The translations under genes and the position numbers were made by a program. Under the pieces are notes generated by a model. That model was given only the letters and a program-made list of their open reading frames with translations. It was not told where the DNA came from and made no database searches. A stretch of DNA of 64,000 bases from Macrostomum lignano (taxonomy: Eukaryota), in NCBI GenBank assembly GCA_002269645.1, contig NIVC01000553.1:94554-158553 (forward strand). The letters are read 5' to 3'. Of the stretch, positions 50,920 to 63,331 are shown in pieces (within the stretch, counting starts at the first letter, position 1; every line of letters starts with the position of its first letter).

Positions 50920-51346
50920 TCAGAATTCTTCACTTCCGCTATCCTCTTCAGCGGCAGCTGATTTCGCACCGCTTCTGGTGCGACGAACTGTTGGCTTAGT
51001 TTTCTTTGATGTTGCCGCCTTTTTTGTTGTTGGCACTTTCCGTTTGATGTTGCCGCCGCGTTTGATGTCGCCGCCGCCTTCGCTATTAGCAGCATCGCCG
51101 TCTCCAACTTCGTCTGACTCAGACCTGTCAACTGGATCCTTGTCAACCAACTGGCGAATGCGCTCTTTTTTAGAGTTGAGCACTCGGGAGAATGCAGTCA
51201 GGAGATTGTCGCGTATGGCGGCCTTCTCAGCGGCAGTTCCAGTGTACTTGGCCAGCAACTGTTCGTTGCGCTGGTGCAGATCAGCCAGCTCAGCTGATTG
51301 GCTGGCCAAAGCGGCCTGAGCTGCCGCCAGGTGGGACTCCAATGAC
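50920..51346 (-). CDS. XRCC4: XRCC4 exon 2 (coiled-coil stalk and disordered tail)
   Basis: KAAIRDNLLTAFSRVLNSKKERIRQL resembles XRCC4 [26 protein letters not shown]; acceptor ctgacag|G (phase 2). Confidence 0.85.
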
Positions 51347-54300
51347 CTGTCAGAATGAGCATTGTTGAGTTGGTCAAGGTAATAACTGTATCTATATATT
51401 TCCAGTAATAGATAGAACAGGTGTACATCATCCAGTTAATATATGAGGGGTGCTACACAAATTTTCAGACTGTGTTCACAGCAGACATCAGAATTTAAAG
51501 AAGTTAAATTTTTACCTAGGGTCTTTGGCTTTTGTCTATGGCCCAAATGCATGCATGCAACATTCAATTGCATTATCAATCACATTACATTTTAGGGGCT
51601 AAATTGGCATGGCAAAATGAATTATAGAGCATATCTATATATGTCTGAGTGTATACAAGAGTTAGTAGAATTGGCAGAAATGCTTCTTACCAGTTATGAC
51701 AATGTTACTTAAAATTCATCATGGTACACATAGTCCCTGCCTCTAATAAAAAACTATAACTCTGGCACAAGAGTCTACTCTGCCTTATCGTTTAGATAAA
51801 ACAAAAATATATATTAGCAAAACTGGAAGTTTTTAGATTATTCTTTAAATTTAGATTTTTAATATAAACTTGAAACTATATTTTAAAGAATAGCTTATAC
51901 TAAAAAAATGACTTAAAGGCATATTATGTCTAATACTAATATTAGTTTTATATATCGAATTAAATAAATTTTCATTATAGAAACTTTAAACTTTTTCATT
52001 AAAGAAAAAACACAAAATAACTTAAAATAAAAATCAACTTTTAAATGCCAAATAAATAGAGCAACAAAAGTAAAAAAATGTTGTACAATAAATACTCTGT
52101 ATAGAGATGTGGTAGGCCTTTTGCCTCTGTCTTTATAAGCTAATCTAAAAGCTGCCACTAGTTATCTTCCTATATGAGGTAAACTCCACAGTAATGCCAC
52201 CAAAGTTATACTAAGGCTTTCAATATATTGCTGTCTCTTAGAACTAATTTGTAATATTTAGTTTTAACATATTTCTGGTAATACTCTATATATTGTCTTG
52301 TAATGTCTGATGTATAGTCTGGTAGTATTAATATACTATATAGCCTAAGCAGTCTTTATATGCACTAGTTTCTAATCCAGATATTACTGGGATCAAAGTC
52401 CCAGTGTCACAGCACCTTAAGTATGGCGTAGGACCAAGACCACCACACTTGGGGGAGCTAAGGGAGAAACTTGACTCAATGTGTTATTAGATGGTGCTAG
52501 AAAGGAGATGAGTGGGTAAAAGAGCCAGCAGGACAAGGCTGCAAGAAAAGAACCTATGAGAGGAATAGCAATGCTAGAAGATTGGTAGCTCCCCCTCCAG
52601 ACTCCAGATGGTGTACATGTACGCCGGAATTTTTTGGCGTACAGAGGGATCTGGCGTACACCATTGGCGTACAATTGGCGTACATAGGAGCCTGGCATGC
52701 CCCTTGGCATACAGCTTGGCGTACAAAGATCGCCAAGACAGCAGGTGGGTGGAACCAAGTTTGGCCCTTCTGTGGCCACTCTGCCTCTCCAGTGGAGAGG
52801 TTGCAGTCTGTTTGTAAAAATAGCCACCTCAACCTCCGACCCGCGCGCTGTTTTTTTGGGGGGTGGGTGAACGGGTGGGTTCACATTCAAGGCAAATAAC
52901 CCCCCCTGTGTTGGGGTTGCAATTAAATTTAATGATTCCCCCGGGATGGGGGATTGGGCTTGAGCTGAGTGTACATATCAATGTACAGTGTAAACAGAGA
53001 GGCTTCAGTTAGCTAAGACTGTGTTGAGATTCAATTGGTTTTATTATCGGCTTGCCTTTCAATTCAATAGGCAGCCCTGTGTATCTCTTGTTATTGCTAT
53101 CGCTTGTCTATTGTGAATTTTGAAAATTGTTGACTGCAACCCTGCAATATGAGTGAACAAGAGTTTGAGCCAGAGATGAGCTCTGAGCTTGAGGTTGAGA
53201 TTGAGGATAAGAGTCACACAGGTGACACAGCATACTCACAATCTCATGTGAGTGATTGTGATGATGTCATTGATCTTGTTGAAACAGCTGCTGCTACATG
53301 TACATATACATCTGCTGCTAGTGCTACTAGTGTTACTGCTTCAACAACAGCTACAGCAGAGCCTTCGACTAAGTCTAAGACTGCACCTGCTACAACAACG
53401 ACTCTAATTCCTGGTAATTAGGTTACTTATTTTTAGTTACATATAATATACTATTACCTTGTATAGTGCTACATATCACATCACATGTTACATGTATGTA
53501 TTGATTAGGCTTATAGTTGTGAACATGAACACTTCATTGAAAAGATATGCTCCCAGCTGGATCCAGTGCTGTGGCACATGCAGCCAGACCCCCAGGACTG
53601 ATTGGGCCATTATTGGCATTGGCATATTTGCAAATATACTCATATAAATGCATTGTATGCAAATGCAAATACATTTAAACTAAACTAAATTAACACTTGA
53701 ACAATACATAAAGGTTCTTCTAGACCATCTGGAGCATCTAGGCAATGCAGTGGCTGCATGGGCCCACATTACAGCACAAATGGCAGCAAAGCGACCTGCT
53801 GCTGGCCAGCCTGATGGGCAACCTTTTGCCCAGTTTTTCAAGCCCTCAGTGCTCCCTGCTGGCCCAAGCAGGACAACTAAACCATACTGTCACTTCTGCC
53901 TTAGCTGCCTACAAAGAGGCTTAGAGCCTAACAAGTGCAACATTTTTCGAAATGATGCCAGCTCATGGACCAGGCACACTTCTAGGTAAGGGTAACTGAA
54001 CTCAATAGTGCTTGTGCATGAAAAATCTGGCACATTTACATGTAGAAACACATGGGGTGTTAATTGTTACGAAAGTATTGCCACATGCTTCTCCTAGGGA
54101 ATCAAACCTGTTTTTAGTTGAAACCGTTATCATTCGATGCATTGCTCCCCAGATTTATTAATTTTTATATGAAATACGCAGAATATATGTTAAGTTAAGC
54201 ATGTAGCAATTACTCTGATGCAGGGAGACCACTGAAGTAAAACTTCTTGTATTATGCTTGTACTTGCTTTTTGACAAGAAACTTACTACTGCCTAATTGC

Positions 54301-57300
54301 ATTTAACAGGCATCACAAGGACAATTTGTTGGCCAAGTTTTTTCTGGAAGACCATAGGGAGGTCCTGCCCTATCTGCGTAGCAGGAATGAGTCTAGCAGT
54401 CAGGCCGACTGCAGTTCTAGCGCGGCGGAGACCCCTGCAGCTGAAGCTGCCGGTGTGAGCTCGTCTGGTGCCTTAGCATCTTTGCCTGCCATGCCCCCTT
54501 TACCCATCCTTCAGGCATCCTTGCCCTCTGTGTCGGCGACCTCGCGGGCCATGCTATTGCCAGCAAACTCATATCTGGCCTTGCCAGCAGTGTCGGCCCC
54601 ACCGTCGCCAAATGTGTCTGCGTCCACTCTTAATAGTACAGACAGACTAGTAGCTCCAGTGGAGCAGATGTCGGAACAGCAAGCAAAGCAGGCAAGACTC
54701 CTGGCGTGTCTCGTGGAGCAGGGCCAGGCAGGGTCAGCAGCTAGTGCTAAAGCAAGGGCCAATCAGTCAATTTCGTCATCATCGATAGCCATGGTGCAAG
54801 CGAAAACTATGGGCGAGCTGCTGGGCCACGAACATCTGGACTCGGATCCTTTGGGCAATGACACAATTGTGTATTGCAAGCCATGTATGCACCTTCAGGT
54901 AGAGGAGTGGAAAAGACAAGGCCTCCTTCCAACTCGGCATACTGTTGCTGAGGCACACCGTGCACTGTAAGTGAAATTCATCGTCACGAGCAACGAAAAT
55001 GTGTGCAAAAAGAAAACTTGTCCCAGATGTGACTCAGAATGCCATGACCGGGACAGACATTTTTTTACAAAGTTCTTGCGTCATCTTTGGACTATAGATG
55101 TACTGTGCAATTTGAGAGCAATTTATGTAAATCCCGGGGCGATTTTGCTAGAGTTAACACATTACCACTATTACTATTCCCATCCAGGAATCTGGCCTGT
55201 GACGGCACTTTGAGTATGGGCCTGCTTATCCGCGAGGATCGGATGGGCAGATGGCCACTTTGCTGGCTGGTGGCCCCGAATTTTGCTGGTTTAGATACAA
55301 TGTCAGCCAGCACTTAGATAGTTGAGTGCCGGCTTTGGAATGAGTGGGAGCGGCATGGAATCGACGTCGTGCGCAGCCTTATGCGCTGCGCTATCGCAAC
55401 GATAGAAACCATTTCGAGACACTTGTCTGCCTCTTGTCCGCATGCAAGTGTGACATTGGGCAAATCTGCCATGGGTCGTAAGTTTGCATTCTGGTGAACC
55501 TTTAATCTTTTTTAGTTAGTTTTACATGTGTGCCTAATATCTACTCAATTTTTATTGAGGAGGGATCAAAATATTCTAAAATGCATATTTTTATAATACT
55601 AATAAAACGAATACAAACTAAGTTTCCCTAATAAACTAAGTTTCTCTAATTACCTAATACACTGCGTACATCGCCTACCCTCACTATTAAGGGACTTTGG
55701 CTGTAAGATGTGGAAGCTTTTCAAGGTATGCCTGGACGTGATGACCGTTGCATTTCTCCAGAAGCCGCTTCTGTCGACTGGTCGGCTGCCCAACTTTTGC
55801 GTGACGTGTGACAAAAGCACATTAGGTAAAAGTTAGCAGATTTTCTTGTACGCTCGTAGCAAAACTGTGTTGGGACAGGATGATTTAAACAAAAGACCTT
55901 GTATTTGTCAACCTTGGTAATGTTGATGCCTAATTGAAAACAGGGCGCGTAACTAACCAGGCCGTCCTACTGTTGTGCCGATCAAGTTCTGGAGCGGCCA
56001 TCTCTATCCCAGCTGGGGCGCCTGAGGTGTATAACGCTGACATGGACAGATCAGGTATCCCTCTTTTTGTAACATGTGTACTGTTATAAAGAAGCCAAAC
56101 AGCCAGTTAAATTAATTCATATCAATTTATACTGAATAGAGTAGTAAAACCCAGCCTGCAAACAAATCGTTACTTAACAGGCCCAATTCTTGCGAAGCGG
56201 CTCTTTGACTCGCTGACCTGTTTTGCCGCCCCACTGGACCGGCTTGTGGCAGTAGTGGCCGATGGACAATACCAGTCGGATCCGTTCAAGAATGCAGTGG
56301 CCGACACGCTTTCTGACTCAGGAGGTAATGGCTCCATCCCTGTGATTTGGGACGTTGCCCATTTCCTCAATCTGGCCGTCAACGACGTGCGGAATGGGAG
56401 CGGAGAAGAGGCGACGATGCTGAAGCGATTTGTGTGTCGTGCTAACTTGTTTGCTCACCATTTTGGCCAGGGTCGAGGATTTTCGGCGCTGCAGATAAGG
56501 TTTTTATTCTTTCAACTTAAATTTGAGGGATTGTTTAAGCTGTAAATATAAATATCTTTAAATTTAGAAAGGCCTTCATGCCAATTATTCCGTCAGCATG
56601 GCCCAGAGCCCTGGACCTTTTTAATGACTGCTTAAACTTTTGTACAGAAGGGCCTTCCGCACAATTATCCACACTCATTTAAGGCCGTGTCAGAGGCACA
56701 GCGCGCGCTGTGTCCAGTTTTGCGATGCAGCGCTTTCTTTCCTCTGCAACTTCATAGTGGAAAGCTATCGAGGAAGCGTATGCCGAGCTCTACGATGCTT
56801 TCATTTCTGAGGGGTTCGACTGCTCAGACAACGCGCCGCTTCAGTACGAGCTTTTTGGAAGCGACTTTGTTTTTGACCTACTGTGCCTGCTTGACCTTGT
56901 AGAGCCAATCTGTGCCTTGATGTCACTCGCCCAGGTTTGTATTTGCTTGATTGTATTGTGATTTTTGTTCTTTTGTCTACTTAATTGCACTGTGCCATCT
57001 CAATTAGCTCTTATGTGAAAGTTTGTAATACCGTAATTACAGTAACAGATATATAACTATTGTCTAAAATAGTGGCTAACTCTACTATAGCGTGGTTACT
57101 GCTATGTGATCCGAAAGTGTATGAACTAGGTTTGTGATGAGAAGTATGCACGTCATGTGTGCACAACACTTAATCTCACCATGTTAAATAGTATTTGCGT
57201 GTAATGCTAGTTCACAAACATTGTCCCCTGCACAGGACATTCAGCTACCACACTGAAAGGTGGTTACAATGTGGCGGCAGGTTGCAGACTTTCTGCACAA

Positions 57301-57429
57301 TTGCAGTGAGGTCTTCCGCAAGGAAGATTATACGCGGTACGCACGTGTGGCCGACGGCATCCACCCTGAAGGTTCCTTCCATGGCATGCCGCTGCTGGAA
57401 GGGTGGCTGATCAAGACCCGTCCCCTCTG

Positions 57430-58000
57430 GTAAATAAACCAGATAACACCACAAGATAATTTGCGAATCTTGTCAGATTCACTACCGATTTCCTTGTTTA
57501 AGGTGCGAAACTGGTGAAACCACCAGATTCGTCAAAATGTAATTTTAGTGTTATCTGGTTAGACTGTTATCTGGTGAGTTATCTGAATTTCACCAGATAA
57601 CATGGCCCGAATCTTGCTTAGAAATCAGATTACATGACAAGATTCGCCATCAGATAATTTTTTGCTTTCTTATTTGACTGTTATCTGGTGAGTTATCTGA
57701 ATTTCACAGGATAACATAGTGCAAATCTTGTTTGAAAAACAGATAACAGTACAAGATTCGCCATCAGATAATAATTCTCTGTTATCTTGGTTGATCGAAT
57801 CTTGTTTGAATTGGAATTTCACAGGATAACATGTTTATTGTTTGAAAAACAGATAACAGTGTTATCTGGTTTGTAAGAAACTTGTGTGAATCTGAAATTT
57901 GTTGGATAACATATGCGAATCTGGTTTGCAAATCTGGTTTGCAAAGCAGATAATGGAAAAAGATTTCAATCAAGATGCCTTTGTGTTATCCGGTCTGTAA
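57430..58000. repeat. Element made of interspersed GTTATCTG/CAGATAAC and CGAATCTTG/CAAGATTCG motifs in both orientations
   Basis: Motifs recur many times on both strands. Confidence 0.65.
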
Positions 58001-58374
58001 GATCCCATTGTACTTTTCACCCAGAATTTTTTTCCAGAATTTCGTGATCTGGGCCCGATTTATTAATTGATTTCCAAGTGAAGGCTTGGATCAGCATTTT
58101 TGGCCCGGAATAGCCCCTCTTTTCTGGAAAATGTGATTCTACAAAAGTTCAAGAAAAGGGAAAAGCTGTTCCAGCTGGATTTGGAACTGGAACAGCTGCT
58201 AAATTCTGATTGCAGACCTAAATCTCAAGTTTTCCAAATGAAATTTTCTGCATGAGATTTTGGGAGTTCAGTCGGAATTCCTCAGCGATCTAGACCAAGT
58301 GATCCGGAAAATCCACAGGAATCAGCTCCCATTGACCAGAATCTTAATGAAGTTACGGATAAGACTGGTCTTCC

Positions 58375-59180
58375 GTCTGTTGTGGCTTAAGGCAGCTGCT
58401 ATGCTGACCTGCGATGGATAATCAATCCTCACTTCTGTTGTGGCTCAAGGCAGCTGATAAGCTGACCTGCAATGGATAATCAATCCTTGCTTCTGTTGTG
58501 GCTCAAGGCAGCTCCTAAGCTGACCTGCAATGGATAATCAATCCTCACTTCTGTTGTGGCTCAAGGCAGCTCCTAAGCTGACCTGCGATGGATAATCAAT
58601 CCTTGCTTCTGTTGTGGCTCAAGGCAGCTCCTAAGCTGACCTGCGATGGATAATCAATCCTCACTTCTGTTGTGGCTCAAGGCAGCTCCTAAGCTGACCT
58701 GCGATGGATAATCAATCCTTGCTTCTGTTGTGGCTCAAGGCAGCTCCTAAGCTGACCTGCGATGGATAATCAATCCTCATTTCTGTTGTGGCTCAAGGCA
58801 GCTCCTAAGCTGACCTGCGATGCATACATGCGCAACCTCCAAAATTCGGTCGGCCGTGCGACTTAGTTTTAACAAAAATGCGACGTAGTTTTTGGCCAAA
58901 AATGCGACTTGCATGTAAAAAAACCGTAAAGCAAAATTAACGCAAGTTTGGGTAAACGGCAGGAGTAACTATGACTCTCTTATTAAGCCAAAATGCTTCG
59001 TCAGCTACTTAGTACTACTACTAGGGTGTTTTTTGAGTGGGCATTTTTGCGACTTCCTTGGTTGGTCGCCAAATCGGTCGGCCGGATCGGCCGACTCGGC
59101 CGACTGTTGCGCATGTATGCTGCGATGGATAATCAATCCTTGCTTCTGTTGTGGCTCAAGGCAGCTGCTATGCTGACATG
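58375..59180. repeat. 58-bp tandem repeat (about 8 copies plus one after the MITE)
   Basis: Unit starts at 58418 and 58476 (58-bp period); a further partial unit lies near 59600-59660. Confidence 0.93.
58823..59119. mobile_element. Non-autonomous hAT-type MITE (297 bp)
   Basis: Perfect 14-bp TIR CATACATGCGCAAC (58823-58836 / 59106-59119); 8-bp TSD CTGCGATG (58815-58822 / 59120-59127). Confidence 0.92.
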
Positions 59181-60137
59181 GAAGGGGTAAAGTGCCATAT
59201 ATCAGCTAACGCTAGCGCTCGTAATGTGAGGCCGTGCCCACCCTCCCTGCAGGTGATAGCTTTGTTGGCTCTCAGACAAACTATTGCATTCTTATTGTGC
59301 TGGAGAGGTTTGACTCCCAATGGCATGTAGTCTGTCGCGGTTACTTAGTGTATCAAATTACCCTATTATCTGGTGCAGCTGGGTGTCTAGATGGAGCTGT
59401 GGCATGGTTCCAAAAGCTCCTACTGGCCCAGTTCTAAGGTAGCCTTTTCTTTTTTAAGACAGACGTTATTCTAGCTCTTGCTAGAGCATGCTCCATTGGG
59501 TTGTCTAAAGCGTCTGCAGTGTTGGTGTATGGCCACCAGCAAGGGATAATGGGACCCCGCTTCAACCGATGAATCAGAGTTGAGCAGTTGACTGAAAATG
59601 CTGACCTACAAGGGGTAATCAATCCTCGCGTCTGTTGTGGCTCAAGGCAGCTGCTAAGTGTAGTCACTTTTATTTGACTACTTGGGTCAATCTTTAATCC
59701 GAGGGGTAATAAAGCCTTGAAATTGCAAGTTGAACTGATCTGCTTTTTGGAGACACTGTAGCATCCGTAAAGTGAGGCTGTGCCCATCCTCCGTACAGGT
59801 GACAATTGAAAAATTGTTGCGCCCTGATTGTGTGTAAGAGGTTTGACTACCACTGGCATGTAGTCTGTCACAGCTGCTTAGTGTGTCAACGGGCTGAATG
59901 ATTCTATCGTCATATTTGACACTTAGAAGCATAAGTTAGCCAACCATATTGTTTGGCACAGCTGGGTGTCTAGACAGAGACTGTGGCATGGTTCCAAATA
60001 GCTCTAACTGGCCCAGTATTCAAAGCAGCTTTCCTATTAAGATAGACGCTAATCCGATTTTTGTTGGTGCATGCTCCATTGGTTTGTCTTTAAGGCATTT
60101 GCAGTTGCACCAGCTGTAAGCAGATCAAGTCAAGATA

Positions 60138-60312
60138 GTAGTCGTTATAGACTAGAGTGTCAGTAATCTTGTCGAGATTTAATAAATCCTCAAACAAGTC
60201 AAAAGAGTAGTTGTTACAAACTACGAGTGTCGGTAATCTTGTCGAAATTTAATAAATCCTTGAACAAGTCAAAAGAGTAGTAGTTACAGACTACGAGTGT
60301 TGGTAATCTTGT
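60138..60312. repeat. About 70-bp tandem repeat, 2.5 copies
   Basis: Unit starts at 60138, 60207 and 60277. Confidence 0.85.
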
Positions 60313-62429
60313 CAGCCACTTTTTCTGGAGGGTGTCACTGCTTCGAACAACGCAGTTGATGATGCCATTGGACGATCGTCCATCGCACTAGCGACATCTG
60401 CAACGCCAAGTCATTTGGATATTACCGTTGGCACACGGGATTGCGAAGACAATCATGTAAGAGTTTCCAGCGTAGTCGGGATTTCGTGGATGCAACAAAG
60501 CCAGCACGGCGCATCAGATAATACACTATTCACTTTGTCTCTGGTCTACGAGCAGCCGATCAACGAAAGCCAGTTGATTCTGGATGACGACTATGCTACA
60601 AATGACAATTCTATCAACACAGCTGACATTACTAGTGAACAGTCGAACAATCTGGCGGCGAACCGTCACTGTCTGTTAGAGCTAGATGATAGAGTGTGTA
60701 TGTACATTACTGTTTCTTTATAACTGTGTATATTTCGGAGATACTGCCTTCCATCGCCCTTTAATTTAACTTTAATAATGCAGAGTCGTTCTATTGCGCC
60801 AGCATATAATGCAAGCCCTCAGTGGTCTCATTAATTGCCTTCCGTGCGCACAACCCGATCTTTCAAACGTCTGGCTCACGCGTCAACTGCCATCAGAGTC
60901 GCATCGCAGGTTTTTGCACATGCAAGACTTGGAGCCATTCCTGTTGCGGAAGTACGTGGCCAATTTTGTTGACGCAATCAAGCACGTGAGTTTTTATTCT
61001 ATTGTATCAGGCAAAACCACCGAACTGGCCCTTGTCAATTGTATGTAAATAGCCTAAAATATGAAAAATTGGGCATGTTTCAATGTCAATTGAAATATTG
61101 AAATCCAACGACCAGTTAGAACATTTTTTCTAGCCAAGGAGTGCCCCATTGAGTCATAATGATTTGAATTTTCTTTTTAAACTGTACATTTTTCAGTTGT
61201 TGATGTATTCTAACTAAAAATACAATTGAAGCACTCGTAAAAAACTGGACCGACTGGACTTTATGATGACTTTAAAATATGTAACTGATGTCTCTCAAAA
61301 AAGACTTTAAATAACTCTTAGCTAATTGTAATATGACATCCAAAATCTCAATCAGGTTCTTTATTCTGGGGAAGGGCGTGACAGCTGGCTCGAACCCCAC
61401 ATCGAGGGTGCCTTTCGGTGCCTTTGTATTGTCCCACTGCGACTTCCAGCCGACTTCAAGAGGCGCCTGTCTGTTACAAAAGAAGACGACTCCATTGTCA
61501 AGGTTACGCTAAATGAGGAGGCTCTCCTTAAGTCCTTCTACACCAATACCTCTGTGTACTGTCGCGCTGGGAAATAAGCTTGCACCCTTCTTGACTTTGC
61601 GCTTAATTGCAGTGGTACTGGTGAGATTACTTCTTTGACATGATTGGTGTAGATCAGAGAAGCCCAAATTTAAGTTAACAGTAGAGCTATATGTACAAGC
61701 TCAACCATTCAATATAGTAGTTATACATTCATGTATTTTAATAAACCAACTACATGTACATGTATTTATACTACATGCAAAAAAGTGCTACTTAAAAACT
61801 TATTTTATTCTCTCAACAGAGGCTGTCACCAAATCGTTTTAAGGAATGATGCGCTCACAGCAAAAGTATGGCAGGCAAACCAACGAGGTCCTGCAGCGCC
61901 GTACTAAGTTGAAGTGGATGCTGCCTCCCTTGGGTAGCAACGCCTGCGAGCAGTTCTTGGCATCTGTAAGCACTGCATGCCATACTTCGTCTCTAGCCAC
62001 GCCACGCACTACATTGTTAGCAAAGTGGTGGATTGGCAAAAGGATCTAACATTGTATAGCGACTTTGTCGGCACTGCCGCAGAACATATCAACGACTAAT
62101 ACCATGCTGACATAAGTGGGAGTGGGAAAACCCATTGAAAATGAAGGCTAATTTTGAAAGTAATATAAAGTGCTTAAGTGTATGAATCTAAGTTGTGGCA
62201 AATACTAAGTTGCAAAAATTGAAAATGTCAATAACAAGTCCCAGACAGTCTTATTTCCATAGTCATATAGTGCATACATGTTTAATGAGCCTCAGAAATA
62301 TCTATCCTCAAGAATGTGGCTAGTTGCCAATGGGCAACCAAAAATAGCCATTGGCAACTGGATTTTAAGCCCCAAGGGCTAGCTGGCAACTAGATTTCCA
62401 ACCTTAAAAAAACCAGAAGGCAACTACCT

Positions 62430-62860
62430 ATATAACTTTTGCCAACACATATTCAGACAGATTTTCCAACACTTAAAATGTTGCAAAAAGTGTCGGAAAG
62501 TGTTGCAACGGTTAACTTTTGCCGACACATTTTCAGATTTAGACAGATCTTCCGACACATTTTACGACACTTAAAATGTTGCAAAAAGTATCGGAAAAAG
62601 TGTTGTAAAAGTTAACATTCGCCAACACATATTTTCCGACACCTAAATTAATGCTGCAGTGTCTGATGCTTTACTTCTGCCAACACATCTTCCGACACTT
62701 AAAATGTCATTTCTTAGAGCGAGGTCATGTACATGTAACTTTTTCCGACACTTTTTGCGACATTTTAAGTGTCGTAAAATGTGTCGGAAGATTTGTCTGA
62801 AAATGTGTCGGCAAAAGTTAACTGTTGCGACACTTTTTCCGACACTTTTTACAACTAAGG
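62430..62860. mobile_element. Foldback/MITE-like element with about 100-bp inverted arms and many CCGACAC motifs
   Basis: 62500-62601 is the near reverse complement of 62738-62833. Confidence 0.7.
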
Positions 62861-62984
62861 TAAGGCAACTAAGCGGCTCCTAGGGCCTAATTTTAAAAAG
62901 AACAATATTTTTACAGAATGTTCTAAAACATGGTAACAAAAACAAACAAATGTTTAATCAATATTTTTACTCAAAAATACTTAC

Positions 62985-63331
62985 AAAGCAACATTAAAGA
63001 TGGGCATAAAATCTTCTGATGTTAATTTCTCATTATTGATTTCAATAATATCAAATTGAATGACTTTAATCACAATATCATCAACATTCTTGCAAATTGA
63101 CACAGACTTGTTGGCACTATCAATTCGTGCAAAGAAAAGTTGCTTATCTTGTTGAACAGGTTTGAGAGTAGCAAAAAAGTCTATACCATCACTAAAAGCA
63201 CTGGAAACCTTAAGAAGAGAAACACAAGAACCTTCAATTTTCCATCCAGTGATAGAAGTTTTGGAGGCGGACAGCAAAATAAAGCCTGGTTCGGAGTCCT
63301 CTAACTTTATAGCAACGATTGTATTGTTCAT
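62985..63331 (-). CDS. XRCC4: XRCC4 exon 1 (head domain)
   Basis: ATG at 63331; KNVDDIVIKVIQFDIIEI resembles KNLKDVSFRLGSFNLEKV; donor TT|GTAAGT (phase 2) joins exon 2 to give a 257-aa protein. Confidence 0.75.

Larger units (their letters stand above)
53149..62049 (+). pseudogene. Decayed multi-exon hAT-superfamily transposase (BED finger plus DDE), antisense within the XRCC4 intron
   Basis: Spliced pieces give BED-like YCHFC...WTRHTS|RHH (53880-54316), VTCDKSTL|GRVTNQAV (D at 55810), VADGQY (D at 56261), WDVAHFLNLA (56348), RFLSSA, DLLCLLDLVEP, GSFHGMPLLEGW and a C-terminal dimerisation-like EAVTKSF*GMMRSQ...RTKLKW.LP. In-frame stops at 61575 and 61840. Confidence 0.75.

Noticed and set aside
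58375-59180. Regular arrays as possible CRISPR loci
   Set aside because: Units are head-to-tail without unique spacers, no cas genes are present, and the context is eukaryotic
52380-62900. Terminal inverted repeats of the large hAT element
   Set aside because: No matching TIR pair or TSD found by eye; boundaries left undefined
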